A stretch of DNA of 49,833 bases from Escherichia phage phi2013. Position numbers and translations under genes: made by a program. The stretch lies in sequence record MT427400.3; one strand, 5' to 3'. This document shows positions 28,496 to 38,052 of this stretch, in pieces. Each line of letters begins with the position of its first letter. Positions within the stretch are counted from its first letter, which is position 1. The notes under the pieces are model-generated. The model had not been told where the DNA came from, searched no databases, and worked only from the letters and a program-made list of their open reading frames with translations.

Positions 28496-28801
28496 ATGGC
28501 GTACGGTATATCAACTTGGGACGCAAATGGCGTTTATAATAACTATGGAATTAAGCCTGTTACGGTTGTTGGTTGGAACTTTTTGTCAGCAGGACAGAAT
28601 TCAGCATCGTTCAGCTATCAAGTTCCTCCTGGTATGCATGTGAACTACGTTATAAGCCTTGACGATGGCGCCATTAGTGGGCCTGGCAGGAAAATTATTG
28701 CTAGCGGTAATACGATAACAGTAACGCCAACAAACTCACCTGGGCCAAACGTGTACCCATCATCAAACTGTTACTTAATAGCATATCTGGAGAATGATTA
28801 A
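28496..28801 (+). CDS. hypothetical tail-associated protein
   Basis: SD ggagg before ATG 28496; 101 aa. Confidence 0.45.
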   Translation: MAYGISTWDANGVYNNYGIKPVTVVGWNFLSAGQNSASFSYQVPPGMHVNYVISLDDGAISGPGRKIIASGNTITVTPTNSPGPNVYPSSNCYLIAYLEND

Positions 28802-29490
28802 TGTCATACGGTGCTTTTATAGATGTAAACGGAAACCCATTCATAACCCCGTTATCCACGCCATTCGCCTTATATGAGAGAGGGGAAATTCAATCAGTAA
28901 ATGTTAGTGGTTCACAGGTTGCGGAGAGATATGTTCGGATACCTACAGGTGTTCCGGTTATAGCTTTTTGCAAAACAACAAACACGCAGCAGGGGACCGC
29001 GCTTTCAGCCTTTACTTTCAGAAGCGGACCCAATGTTGGAACTGTTTATATAAGGGGGACAAATCCAGCAAACCAATCATACACGCTAACATACTACATA
29101 TTTGCCATATTTGAGCAGTCACTACCGAGCTGGGGTATGGCAATATGGGATTCGTCAGGAAAGCTAGTGCTGACAAATGAGACAAAAGTCCTTAGTGATT
29201 TGGTTACAATCGGCACTCCTGGATACGCTGGAGGTGGATTAAACATAGACACAACACTCAGCGGAAGCTACGCAGTTGTTCCAACTATACTTGGCAACTA
29301 TCAAATTGTTATTGGCAGGCTGCCAACTGGGCAACCCATAATAGGAAACTCAACAGCAGGCAGCTCATGCAGGTACAACGGGAGCGCAACTAGGATAAAT
29401 GCAGCAGCAACCACAGCGGCAGGTCAGATAATGAACACCACGAATAATGGAAATATCATAACAGCAATCAACACAGCAGCGTATGACTAA
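28801..29490 (+). CDS. hypothetical tail-associated protein
   Basis: 229 aa, overlapping start/stop. Confidence 0.5.
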   Translation: MSYGAFIDVNGNPFITPLSTPFALYERGEIQSVNVSGSQVAERYVRIPTGVPVIAFCKTTNTQQGTALSAFTFRSGPNVGTVYIRGTNPANQSYTLTYYIFAIFEQSLPSWGMAIWDSSGKLVLTNETKVLSDLVTIGTPGYAGGGLNIDTTLSGSYAVVPTILGNYQIVIGRLPTGQPIIGNSTAGSSCRYNGSATRINAAATTAAGQIMNTTNNGNIITAINTAAYD

Positions 29491-29514
29491 GCCCCTTGCG
29501 GGGCTTTTCTTTTA
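29490..29514. terminator. bidirectional rho-independent terminator
   Basis: gcccc ttgc ggggc then T-rich; separates convergent genes. Confidence 0.55.
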
Positions 29515-29739
29515 TATCGAGCAATCGTGAGACTTGAAGTTTTTCTCTGATACGTAGTTGAATGAGAATGGGTATCCAGCACGCAATAGCATCTCCTCTC
29601 CGCGCATCTTAGATCCAAAAACGTAAACCGAGTACTCTGCGCCTCCTGATTCATAAATTGCCGTACAAGTGCGCTCAGGCATCGATGAGCAACCAGTCAG
29701 GATGAATGCCGCAGCGATAATGGTGATTAACTTTTTCAT
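29512..29739 (-). CDS. outer-membrane lipoprotein, possible Cor/Llp-type superinfection exclusion factor
   Basis: N-terminus MKKLITIIAAAFILTGC has signal peptide and lipobox LTGC; 75 aa; SD gagga; next to tail genes. Confidence 0.5.
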   Translation of the reverse strand: MKKLITIIAAAFILTGCSSMPERTCTAIYESGGAEYSVYVFGSKMRGEEMLLRAGYPFSFNYVSEKNFKSHDCSI

Positions 29740-29819
29740 TTGTATGTCCTCGTCGTTAGTGTGATTGCATTGTATGTCGCATTTACTTTTATTGCAATAG
29801 CACTATTACAATTTTTTCG

Positions 29820-29835
29820 TGTAACAGGTGTCTAT
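29820..29835. repeat. iteron-like direct repeat copy 1 (TGTAACAGGTGTCTAT)
   Basis: second copy at 29961-29976, inverted related copy at 30168-30184. Confidence 0.6.
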
Positions 29836-29901
29836 TTTTGTAACCGGAGCGGGTGTTACAAAATCCACCCCATCCGACCGCAGAGGGATATGATAAAAAC
29901 T

Positions 29902-29918
29902 CTATATAATATATATAG
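29902..29918. repeat. 17-bp AT-rich repeat CTATATAATATATATAG (copy 1)
   Basis: exact second copy at 49001-49017. Confidence 0.65.
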
Positions 29919-29960
29919 ATAGATAATATTTAATTTTAGCTTTATATATAATTATTGTTG

Positions 29961-29976
29961 TGTAACAGTTGTCTAT
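29961..29976. repeat. iteron-like direct repeat copy 2 (TGTAACAGTTGTCTAT)
   Basis: 15/16 identical to 29820-29835. Confidence 0.6.
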
Positions 29977-30263
29977 TGTGTAACTGGTGATTTGATTGAT
30001 TCGTCAAATTTCTATCATATATGTTCAAAATTTAATCAATATGGATTCTACTTGTAGCTATCTCTGTATTTCTAAGAAAAAGCGGTTACAAGTATTACAC
30101 AGTAGACATCACATAAAAATAGACTTAAGCCATTGATTCCGTTAATGCTGGTTGTAACTTGAGCGATATAGACACGCTATTACACACCAATTACATGTAT
30201 CCGATTGACTAAACGCTGTTAATGGCTATAATGGATTCATCGTAAACGAAGGAGATAAACGCA

Positions 30264-31328
30264 ATGTTCCAAGTATTCACATCAAGTCAGCTTTCTAATG
30301 ACGAGTATCATAGCAACGAAGGTTGGGCGGCAGAGTATGTAAGCGGTTCGAGCCTTGCAGAAATTTATCAGACTTGCCCGGCTAACTGGCGATTCAAGAA
30401 GAACGAGACGACTAAAGCGCTGGAGTTTGGCACTCAGTCGCACACCAACTTTGAGAGCCGAGATCTGTTTACTGCATCGTATGCGCGTTGTCCGGCTCCG
30501 GCAGAGTTTAAAGATCTCATTACTTCGCAGGCGGCGCTGGCAGCAAAATTAAAATCTTTTGGCCTGAAAGGCACATCCGGTAAGCAGTACCCGGACCTCA
30601 TCAAAATGATGGTTGATTGTGGCGAAGACCTTAACGTTCAATACCTGATTGAACTGATCGCAGAGGCTGAGGCGCGCGCTGAAGGAAAGAAACTCGTCGA
30701 CGCTGATAAATACGACGCCTGCATGAAGATGAGAGCTATACTTGAACAGAACCCCGATCATGAAGCGTGCATCAACAGCGAAACAGCGCAGCGTGAAATC
30801 TCAATATTCGGTGAAATATCCGGCGTCAAGGTTAAGGTTCGACTAGATCATCTTGACTACAAAGAGAATGTACCAGGTCGTGTACTGACTGGTTATGATG
30901 AGAATGGTGATCCGGTATTTGAAGGCGTAATTTTCCCGGAAGCACTGATTATCACAGATTTCAAAACTACGATGAGCGCCAACCCGTTAGAGTTCCCGAG
31001 ACTGGCATACAATCACGGTTATTACCTGAAGATGGCATTGCAGCATGACCTGCTACGTCGCGCAATCCAGGCTGGCGCTTTTGAAGGAAACTTCCCGGAA
31101 GATATTCCGATCGTAGTTCGATTGCTTGCGCAGGAGAAAAAAGAGCCTTATATCGCACTGGCTTACCGTATGACTATGGAGCAAATCAGGATCGGTCGTA
31201 ACCAGTACATTAGCGTAGTCCACACTTACAAGGCTTGCTCTGAAATGGATGTTTGGCCTGGGTACGCTGGCGACGCAAGCGAGATCGAACTTGAAACGCC
31301 ATCATGGGTGCGTTACCAAAATAAGTAA
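30264..31328 (+). CDS. recombination exonuclease, PD-(D/E)XK RecE/YqaJ-like
   Basis: 354 aa directly upstream of Erf and SSB; IITDFKTT resembles the D-x-K core of PD-(D/E)XK nucleases. Confidence 0.5.
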   Translation: MFQVFTSSQLSNDEYHSNEGWAAEYVSGSSLAEIYQTCPANWRFKKNETTKALEFGTQSHTNFESRDLFTASYARCPAPAEFKDLITSQAALAAKLKSFGLKGTSGKQYPDLIKMMVDCGEDLNVQYLIELIAEAEARAEGKKLVDADKYDACMKMRAILEQNPDHEACINSETAQREISIFGEISGVKVKVRLDHLDYKENVPGRVLTGYDENGDPVFEGVIFPEALIITDFKTTMSANPLEFPRLAYNHGYYLKMALQHDLLRRAIQAGAFEGNFPEDIPIVVRLLAQEKKEPYIALAYRMTMEQIRIGRNQYISVVHTYKACSEMDVWPGYAGDASEIELETPSWVRYQNK

Positions 31329-31402
31329 ACGGCACAAATAGCTAAACAAATAATTAATGAGGTGTTATAATGCACCTCATACACCAATCAGGAGAAGTTA
31401 AG

Positions 31403-32050
31403 ATGCAATTATCACCAGAAACAAACGAAATCCTTCCTGCACTGTTCAATGCTCGCAACAAATTCGCGAAAGCAAAGAAGGACGCTAAAAACAATCACCT
31501 GAAAAACTCATACGCAACTCTTGATGCAATGATGGCGGCAGTAAGCCCAGCACTAACCGATAACGATATTATGATCCTGCAATCAATGCTGGATACCAGC
31601 ACTGAAACAACTTTCCATCTTGAAACTATGCTTATTCACAAATCCGGGCAGTGGGCCAAATTCTTCATGATGATGCCGATTGCAAAGCGCGATCCGCAAG
31701 GCGTAGGTTCCGCAATGACGTATGCTCGACGTTACTCATTAGCCGCAGCGCTGGGGATTAGCCAGAGTGATGACGATGCTCAGCTTGCAGTGAAATCTGT
31801 CAAGGACTGGAAAAAAGAACTTGATGCGTGTGAAGATATCGAATCACTGAAAGAGGCATGGGCTAACGCTTACCGCCAGACGGACACGGCAAGCAAGTCA
31901 ATCATTCAGGATCACTACAACGCACTTAAGGCTAAGTTTGAGATCGGTAAAGCTCGTGGCATTCGCCCGGCGCAACCGGAACAGAAAAAACAGGTTGAAG
32001 CAACGAGCGCGAAGCCTGTACAATCTCAATCAATCACCAACTTCGAATAA
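31403..32050 (+). CDS. ERF-family single-strand annealing protein
   Basis: SD aggaga before ATG 31403; GSAMTYARRYSLAAALGI recalled as ERF signature. Confidence 0.6.
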   Translation: MQLSPETNEILPALFNARNKFAKAKKDAKNNHLKNSYATLDAMMAAVSPALTDNDIMILQSMLDTSTETTFHLETMLIHKSGQWAKFFMMMPIAKRDPQGVGSAMTYARRYSLAAALGISQSDDDAQLAVKSVKDWKKELDACEDIESLKEAWANAYRQTDTASKSIIQDHYNALKAKFEIGKARGIRPAQPEQKKQVEATSAKPVQSQSITNFE

Positions 32051-32095
32051 CCATCAGGGCGGCTTCGGTCGCCCATAAATTTTAGGAGAGAAATA

Positions 32096-32512
32096 ATGCA
32101 TATTATCACTGGCGAGATCCGCAAAGAACCTAAGATTCTTGAACGTAACGGCGGCAATACTTATATCATCGAACTGGCAGAAAGCTATAAGCCTCGCGAT
32201 GGCGATCGTGAATACACCAACTACACATTCTTTTTTAGCGATGGTGGAAAGCCTGGCCTTGCTGACTGGTATCGTGAAGCGTTCCAGGTTGGTCGCGTAG
32301 TATCAGTGTCGTGCGAAACTCTGAAAATCTCATCCCGTGAGCACAACGGAACTGTTTACAATTCATTGCAGGCCGCTGATTTTCCTAAGCTGGTATTCAG
32401 TCAGCGAGGACAAAGCAATCAACAACAGCGATCGCCTCAGCAACAACAGCGAACTCAACAACAACCACAACCGAACCATCAGTCAACATTTGACGATGAT
32501 ATCCCATTCTAA
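32096..32512 (+). CDS. ssb: single-stranded DNA-binding protein
   Basis: ends with canonical SSB tail FDDDIPF after a Q-rich linker. Confidence 0.75.
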   Translation: MHIITGEIRKEPKILERNGGNTYIIELAESYKPRDGDREYTNYTFFFSDGGKPGLADWYREAFQVGRVVSVSCETLKISSREHNGTVYNSLQAADFPKLVFSQRGQSNQQQRSPQQQQRTQQQPQPNHQSTFDDDIPF

Positions 32513-32515
32513 TAA

Positions 32516-32544
32516 GAAAGCCCCGCATTGCGGGGCTTTTCTTT
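32516..32544. terminator. bidirectional rho-independent terminator
   Basis: agccccgc att gcggggct then T-rich; between convergent ssb and tail fibre genes. Confidence 0.6.
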
Positions 32545-34390
32545 ATGATTGTTTAAGTGATTTTATTTCTTCTTTTAGAGAAGATACTTGCTTTGAAAGC
32601 TCCTGTATCGCAGCTATAGCGTCAAGCAAAAGAACGTTCTCATCCAGTGATAGCGTGTAATCTTCTCCATTCATATTTCCGTACTTTCTAACGTACTGAC
32701 TATCTATGCTCATAAGTTGTTGAGCTATGAACCCTCTCCTTACAGTTTTCTCCTTGTCATAATTGTATGTGAATGATCGGTATTTCATTTTCATCAAATT
32801 ATCAAGCGCCAATCTTGTTTCAATATCATTTATGTCGCTTTTAAGTCTCTCATCTGACACTGGAGACTTTGAAAATATATAGTTGACAGTACCTGAGTTA
32901 TTCCCAAACGTTATGTCGTAACTCTCAGCGTTGAACGATGTATTCCTTACAATGTTACCGTTTGGCTGATTACCTGAAGCTATATCATAATCGTACACCT
33001 GAGATATTACCGCGTGGGGGTGAGAACCATTTGGAAAAATAAGCGAACCAAGAGAGATAAAATTCCTCCAACCGCCGTTGGATACACCAACGCCGCCACC
33101 AACTAAACCAATATAACCGCTGTACTGAGAACTCATCCATGTGTTAGCCAATGTCAAATAGGTATTACCTGGAGCATATCCAGTTCCATTTGGTACTAGA
33201 CCCTTGTTAAAAATCAACTTTCCGTCCAGTTTGAAATCCCACGTTGCCGCGCCCTGCTTATATCTGTCATTGATTGTTGTTATCCTTGTCCATATATCTA
33301 TTTCATTACCTCCCTGCAATTCGAAAGAGGATCTGTACTTATCAACTTCACCAACCTTGAATTTTGAATCAATCCTGCCGCCTGAAGAATCGGAACCGCT
33401 TGGCGGCTCAGAGTCTACATTTTTATAAATAGACCAGTCGTTTACTTTTAGGCCTTTCTCAACCCAACCCTTAGTAGTTGCGTCCATATTGCCTTCAGGA
33501 TCTTTAAGTAACTCTAATGGGGCGTCTGGCCTCAAGTTTTTCCATGATTCTAATTTATCCTCAAGACCAGCTAAATTACCGTCCTTAGTTAAAAGATTGT
33601 CAGCATTAACGCTATTTGCTGCGTCTTTCGCTTCCTGAGCACTTACTGCCGCCGCGTCTTTTGAACTAACCGCATCATCACGCGCCGATTGAGCATCGTT
33701 CTTTGCAGAGGTTGCAGTTTGTGCTGCCGTTTGAGCGTCATTAACGTAACCTGATAAATCACCTTTCGCCTCATTAATGGCCTGAATCGCTGCCGCCTCT
33801 TCAGTGTCAATGTGAGTGATGACAGATGATTCCTTAGATCCGATATCAGTAATAGCCTGTTCCTTTGCTGCATTAATACTACCTACAGCACCGTCAACAA
33901 TTTGTTGAGTCTGGTTCTTGATTGAGTTAGTTTCATCGCGTGCAGCGTTGGCTGCGTCACGCGCTAATTCAGCCTGATTTTGCGCAGCTTGAGAATCAGG
34001 TTTCGCCTTATTCACCTCAGTAACTATTTGCTCAAGTTTATCCATATCAAGCTGATTGATGATATCAAGAGCCGCAGCAATCTCAGTTTCTTTGCTCTGG
34101 TAGTATCGCAGCGTTTCAGCAACGTTTTGAGCTAAGCCGTTTACAGTCAGTGAATCGTTAAGCAGGATCACATACTTACCGTCAGCGGCAGTCTGACCAT
34201 CCGTAGAGATAGCCTTTAACTCAGTGTCGCTCACGATATCGCTGATTACAGCCAGCTTAATTGGTTGCTCCAGGAATACGATAGTTGCACCTACTCGAAT
34301 CAGAGCAAGCTGATCCTTCCATTTTGTATCGGTTCCGCGAACCGTTCCATCTGCATCCATTGATGCTGTACCGCGTCTATATAAAGCCAT
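32543..34390 (-). CDS. tail fibre protein with C-terminal intramolecular chaperone (peptidase S74-like)
   Basis: 615 aa; SDERLK motif about 104 aa from C-terminus (32546-32857); SD aaggag. Confidence 0.8.
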   Translation of the reverse strand: MALYRRGTASMDADGTVRGTDTKWKDQLALIRVGATIVFLEQPIKLAVISDIVSDTELKAISTDGQTAADGKYVILLNDSLTVNGLAQNVAETLRYYQSKETEIAAALDIINQLDMDKLEQIVTEVNKAKPDSQAAQNQAELARDAANAARDETNSIKNQTQQIVDGAVGSINAAKEQAITDIGSKESSVITHIDTEEAAAIQAINEAKGDLSGYVNDAQTAAQTATSAKNDAQSARDDAVSSKDAAAVSAQEAKDAANSVNADNLLTKDGNLAGLEDKLESWKNLRPDAPLELLKDPEGNMDATTKGWVEKGLKVNDWSIYKNVDSEPPSGSDSSGGRIDSKFKVGEVDKYRSSFELQGGNEIDIWTRITTINDRYKQGAATWDFKLDGKLIFNKGLVPNGTGYAPGNTYLTLANTWMSSQYSGYIGLVGGGVGVSNGGWRNFISLGSLIFPNGSHPHAVISQVYDYDIASGNQPNGNIVRNTSFNAESYDITFGNNSGTVNYIFSKSPVSDERLKSDINDIETRLALDNLMKMKYRSFTYNYDKEKTVRRGFIAQQLMSIDSQYVRKYGNMNGEDYTLSLDENVLLLDAIAAIQELSKQVSSLKEEIKSLKQS

Positions 34391-34467
34391 AGTATAAACT
34401 CCTTAAGTAAATAGCACTAATTGCTAAACGCTGATTTTATCATTGTGCTATCCGACTTGCAATAGAC

Positions 34468-34490
34468 AATAAAAAACCGCCAGAAGGCGG
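34468..34490 (-). terminator. rho-independent terminator after primase gene
   Basis: ccgcc agaa ggcgg with T-run on minus strand. Confidence 0.5.
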
Positions 34491-35426
34491 TCAGAGTAGG
34501 TCACTTGCTGAGAATAACTTGGCTTGCATTCCTGAGCGGTATCCTCCAGGATTTGGGATGATTATTTTTAATTGTCGGTCGTCTGCCATGTATAAAGTCT
34601 CCTTGTCTGAAGGTTCGCACGCAACCCTTACTTCTCGATCCCCTTTATATCTGTATGCAACCATTTCCAGATTCTCAGGAGTGAAGCAGGCCCATACCTC
34701 TTGCTTTGTGTGAAATGCAATATGCTGAGCATCAATCCAATTAAGGCATAAGTAGATCGCTTTTTCTGTTTTACCAGTCACGGCAACCGAGCAACTTGTG
34801 TATTTCTTAGCGTAAAATGACTCCCTACCCTCCTCATCAATAATCAAAATATTACAAAACTCATCATCAAGACCGTCCTCGTGTACAAGTTGACATGGTA
34901 TGGTGTGAAATACGCTCTCGCCGCCATCCTCGCGACGTTTTACGCCAGCGTCGAATGATTCAGTAGGTAGAGATTCAAACATGCTTAGAGGTGTGTTTAC
35001 GCGCTTCTCTGTACGCTCCATGACTTTCATCACCGCTTCATGATCTGCCATCATGACATTGACACCAGATACCGGAGTTCGGCGCGCTTTCTTGTTTGCC
35101 TTGACGATGTATTCCTGCGGAACTTTTCCGAGAAATCTTCCCAGGATATTTATGCATTCGCTATACGGCATACCAGTTAATTTCATTAGCCACCCGATCC
35201 CGGAGTCGTTACCGCATGAGTTGCAGATCGCACCTCCGTCGCCCGGAGTGTTCAGGTTATCAGTCCAGCGAAAGCGGTCTTTACCTCCGCAGTTAGGGCA
35301 AGGTTGGTGCTTCTTATTAAAAACATCATTCGGCAATCCGCAGATTGATTGGAAAGCCTCGCGCCATAACCCCTTCATGTACGGCAAAACGTCCTCTTTC
35401 TGAAACATCATAAATTCTTCGTTCAC
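34491..35426 (-). CDS. DNA primase (zinc-ribbon plus TOPRIM-like)
   Basis: CPNCGGKDRFRW...CNSCG zinc ribbon; probable GTG start 35426 after SD ggaga. Confidence 0.55.
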   Translation of the reverse strand: MNEEFMMFQKEDVLPYMKGLWREAFQSICGLPNDVFNKKHQPCPNCGGKDRFRWTDNLNTPGDGGAICNSCGNDSGIGWLMKLTGMPYSECINILGRFLGKVPQEYIVKANKKARRTPVSGVNVMMADHEAVMKVMERTEKRVNTPLSMFESLPTESFDAGVKRREDGGESVFHTIPCQLVHEDGLDDEFCNILIIDEEGRESFYAKKYTSCSVAVTGKTEKAIYLCLNWIDAQHIAFHTKQEVWACFTPENLEMVAYRYKGDREVRVACEPSDKETLYMADDRQLKIIIPNPGGYRSGMQAKLFSASDLL

Positions 35427-35440
35427 TTCCAGATCTCCAA

Positions 35441-35487
35441 AATAAAAAACGCGTAGAAGGATGTTAACCCGCTACGCGTCGTTTGTT
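35441..35487 (-). terminator. hairpin terminator after HTH gene
   Basis: acgcgtag/ctacgcgt 8-bp stem with T-run on minus strand. Confidence 0.45.
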
Positions 35488-35940
35488 TTAACTAAAAATG
35501 CTATTGGTCGTTCCGATATCTTCCTTCTTCACGACGCGCATAAATTTCTTGTTCTTGCATCGCTTCTCAAGGCACTTGCCGTTACCGTCAAACTTCAGGT
35601 CGAATCGCAACCATGCGGCACGAAATCCTTTGCACCCCTGTCGGCGGTAAGCGCGATGCGCAGCTTCAGCGCCTTGCCATGAAATCATATTTCGATCTTT
35701 CCAGCCTTGCACCGTCTGATTGCTAACTTTTAGAGCCTTTGCGCAGGCCGCAGGGCCGCCGTAATATTCGATAAGAGCATCAAGTCGCGCTCGCAGTCCG
35801 GCGCGTGTTTCTTCTTTATGAATATAGAACCCGCAACGCTGTCGAGGCTTTTTATCTTTACCGCGCCGTGTTCCGTTGTTACCATTGATGTGACGTTTAT
35901 CGATTTTACCAGTTGATTCTGCGATACGTTGAATACTCAT
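35488..35940 (-). CDS. HTH DNA-binding protein (Cro/YdaS-like), candidate transcriptional regulator
   Basis: GGPAACAKALKVSNQTVQGWKDRNMISWQGA helix-turn-helix pattern; SD aggaga; divergent from helicase. Confidence 0.5.
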   Translation of the reverse strand: MSIQRIAESTGKIDKRHINGNNGTRRGKDKKPRQRCGFYIHKEETRAGLRARLDALIEYYGGPAACAKALKVSNQTVQGWKDRNMISWQGAEAAHRAYRRQGCKGFRAAWLRFDLKFDGNGKCLEKRCKNKKFMRVVKKEDIGTTNSIFS

Positions 35941-35953
35941 CTTGATTCTCCTA

Positions 35954-35996
35954 TAGCACTTTTTGCTAAAAACGTTTACTTTATGCCGTGTATTAT
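35954..35996 (+). promoter_or_regulatory. helicase promoter cassette (TAGCAC-N5-TTGCTA, 22 bp, TATTAT)
   Basis: tagcactttttgctaaaa; TTGCTA 35963-35968; TATTAT 35991-35996; the palindrome also covers the SD region of the divergent HTH gene. Confidence 0.5.
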
Positions 35997-36033
35997 AGCG
36001 TAAACGTTACAACGATTCAAAGGATTAATAGCC

Positions 36034-38052
36034 GTGACAATGAACATTAAAAAACAGATTGCGTTACTTGGAGAGGACTACATAAAGCGAACTCAGGAGC
36101 GATTCACTGTAGGTGAGGTAGTTCCTTATCCGTATCAGGTTGTTGCTTACGCCGAGATCGCGAAGCGCTTGTCAAATTATGAGCACCCATTCTTCGTTAA
36201 AGCGTCTGTATCCGCAGGCAAGACAATTATTTTCGCTATGGTGGCAAAGCAGTGTCAGAAAATGGGCTTAAAAATGCTTGTCCTGGCTCGACAGGGTGAG
36301 ATTGTCGATCAGGATAGCGAAGAGATCGACAACTTCGGGGTAACGAACTCCATCTTCTCAGCATCGCTTGGAATCAAGTCCTGCTACTTCCCGATCGTGG
36401 TTGGCTCTGAGGGTACGGTTGCAAATGGCCTCGACAATGAGTTGGCTGATTTTGTCCCGCATGTAATTGGGATCGACGAATGTCACCAGGTGGATTGGGA
36501 AGACCTTGCGCAAGCCATCGAGGGTAAGGAAACAATGGAACAGATGAGGGGCGAGAAAGGGAAAATTATCATGGACGGAGATATTCCCCTGATTGGTAAT
36601 GATGGAAAACCTTTGCTTGGAACTAAGCGTAGTCAGTACACGATCGTAATCATGGAAATGATGCGGCGCTGTAAAAAGGTTCACGGGCACGATCTTAGAA
36701 TATTCGGCATGACGGGATCTGAATTTCGTGGCGTAGTTCCTATTCTGGTAGAGAATCCGAAAGCATTGGGATTCTGGCGTGAGCGAGTAACTGATATCGA
36801 CACAAACTATCTGATTGAGTTCGGCTCTGTCGTTCCGACTATATTCGGATCAACAGACGGAGTTCATTACGATCTGGATAAGTTCAAGGCGTCTAGCGAG
36901 GACGGAGTGCAGGACTTTACAGAGAAAGACATGAAGGCTATGGAAGATGAGATCCTTCATGATAAATCTCTGACTCAGCGAATCATGCAAATGGTCGCCA
37001 AAAAGGCAGAAGAACGCAATGCGGTCTTGATTACATGTGCTGGTGTGCGCCACTGCAAAGAGGCAGCGGCAGCACTTCCTCCGGGAAGCACCTATGCAAT
37101 TATTACTGGCGACACAGACAACAAATCGCGCAAGAAGATTCTGGACGATGTAAGGGCTGGGAAAATTAAATACACCTTTCAGGTTATGGCGCTCACTACT
37201 GGCGTTAACGTTCCAAATTGGGATTTCAGTGTCATACTCCGCAAGATAGGGTCGCTCACACTATTGATTCAACTTTTGGGTAGGGGTATGCGTCTGCTTA
37301 AATCCTGGCAGGTTGCTGAGGGAATGGTTAAGCAGGACCATCTGGTATGGGATTTCGCAGGTACGATGGATGAGTTGGGTCAGCTTTATTTCGATCCGAT
37401 ACTTGAGCAGGCGCAATTCCAAAATCGTTTTGAAAACGGCAAAGATCCGAAAACATGTCCGAAATGCGGTTGCGTAAATAGCTTCTATGCTCGACGATGC
37501 GTTAATGTCATTGATGGTGAACGTTGCGATCATTTCTGGACTTCTCAAATTTGTGAGGACCAGGTTGACGAGCGCACCGGAAAAATCCTTGTTAAAGGAT
37601 GCGGTGCAGAGAATGACGTTGTGGCCCGAGTCTGTCGCTGTTGCGATGTTTCTCTTGTTGATCCTAACCTTAAGTTATCCGGTAAGGCGTACACTAAGAA
37701 TGACTGGTACGAGGTCAAGAATTTTGAAGTTACGTTAACCAAAAACCAAAAGGGTGTGATATACAAATACACACTTATTAATGATGAGGGTGACGAGTTC
37801 AAGGCGTATGAAAAATTCTTCCCTGAGTCAGACTCTAAGATTTGCGGTACGCTATGGAAAACGAAAGGAGTATTACCTCACGTATCAGATCCTAAAATGC
37901 GCCGCTACTTTATCGGAATGAAGAACGCCATCAAGATCGTGCAGTACGCACATCATATTGCTCACCCGGTGCGCGTAACTCATCGTCGCAACCAGAAGAA
38001 AGAAGATATTATCTCACGCAAAGACTTCGGTATGGAGGATATCCCGGAATGA
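36034..38052 (+). CDS. SF2 DEAD/DEAH-box helicase with C-terminal zinc ribbons
   Basis: motif I SAGKT, motif II DECH; CPKCGC...C..H and CRCCD clusters; start GTG 36034 or ATG 36040. Confidence 0.7.
   Translation: MTMNIKKQIALLGEDYIKRTQERFTVGEVVPYPYQVVAYAEIAKRLSNYEHPFFVKASVSAGKTIIFAMVAKQCQKMGLKMLVLARQGEIVDQDSEEIDNFGVTNSIFSASLGIKSCYFPIVVGSEGTVANGLDNELADFVPHVIGIDECHQVDWEDLAQAIEGKETMEQMRGEKGKIIMDGDIPLIGNDGKPLLGTKRSQYTIVIMEMMRRCKKVHGHDLRIFGMTGSEFRGVVPILVENPKALGFWRERVTDIDTNYLIEFGSVVPTIFGSTDGVHYDLDKFKASSEDGVQDFTEKDMKAMEDEILHDKSLTQRIMQMVAKKAEERNAVLITCAGVRHCKEAAAALPPGSTYAIITGDTDNKSRKKILDDVRAGKIKYTFQVMALTTGVNVPNWDFSVILRKIGSLTLLIQLLGRGMRLLKSWQVAEGMVKQDHLVWDFAGTMDELGQLYFDPILEQAQFQNRFENGKDPKTCPKCGCVNSFYARRCVNVIDGERCDHFWTSQICEDQVDERTGKILVKGCGAENDVVARVCRCCDVSLVDPNLKLSGKAYTKNDWYEVKNFEVTLTKNQKGVIYKYTLINDEGDEFKAYEKFFPESDSKICGTLWKTKGVLPHVSDPKMRRYFIGMKNAIKIVQYAHHIAHPVRVTHRRNQKKEDIISRKDFGMEDIPE

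Noticed and set aside
29741-30263. Possible CRISPR array in the repeat-rich regions 29741-30263 and 48614-49299
   Set aside because: The repeats are short (16-17 bp), few, irregularly spaced and partly inverted; there are no regular repeat-spacer units and no cas genes.
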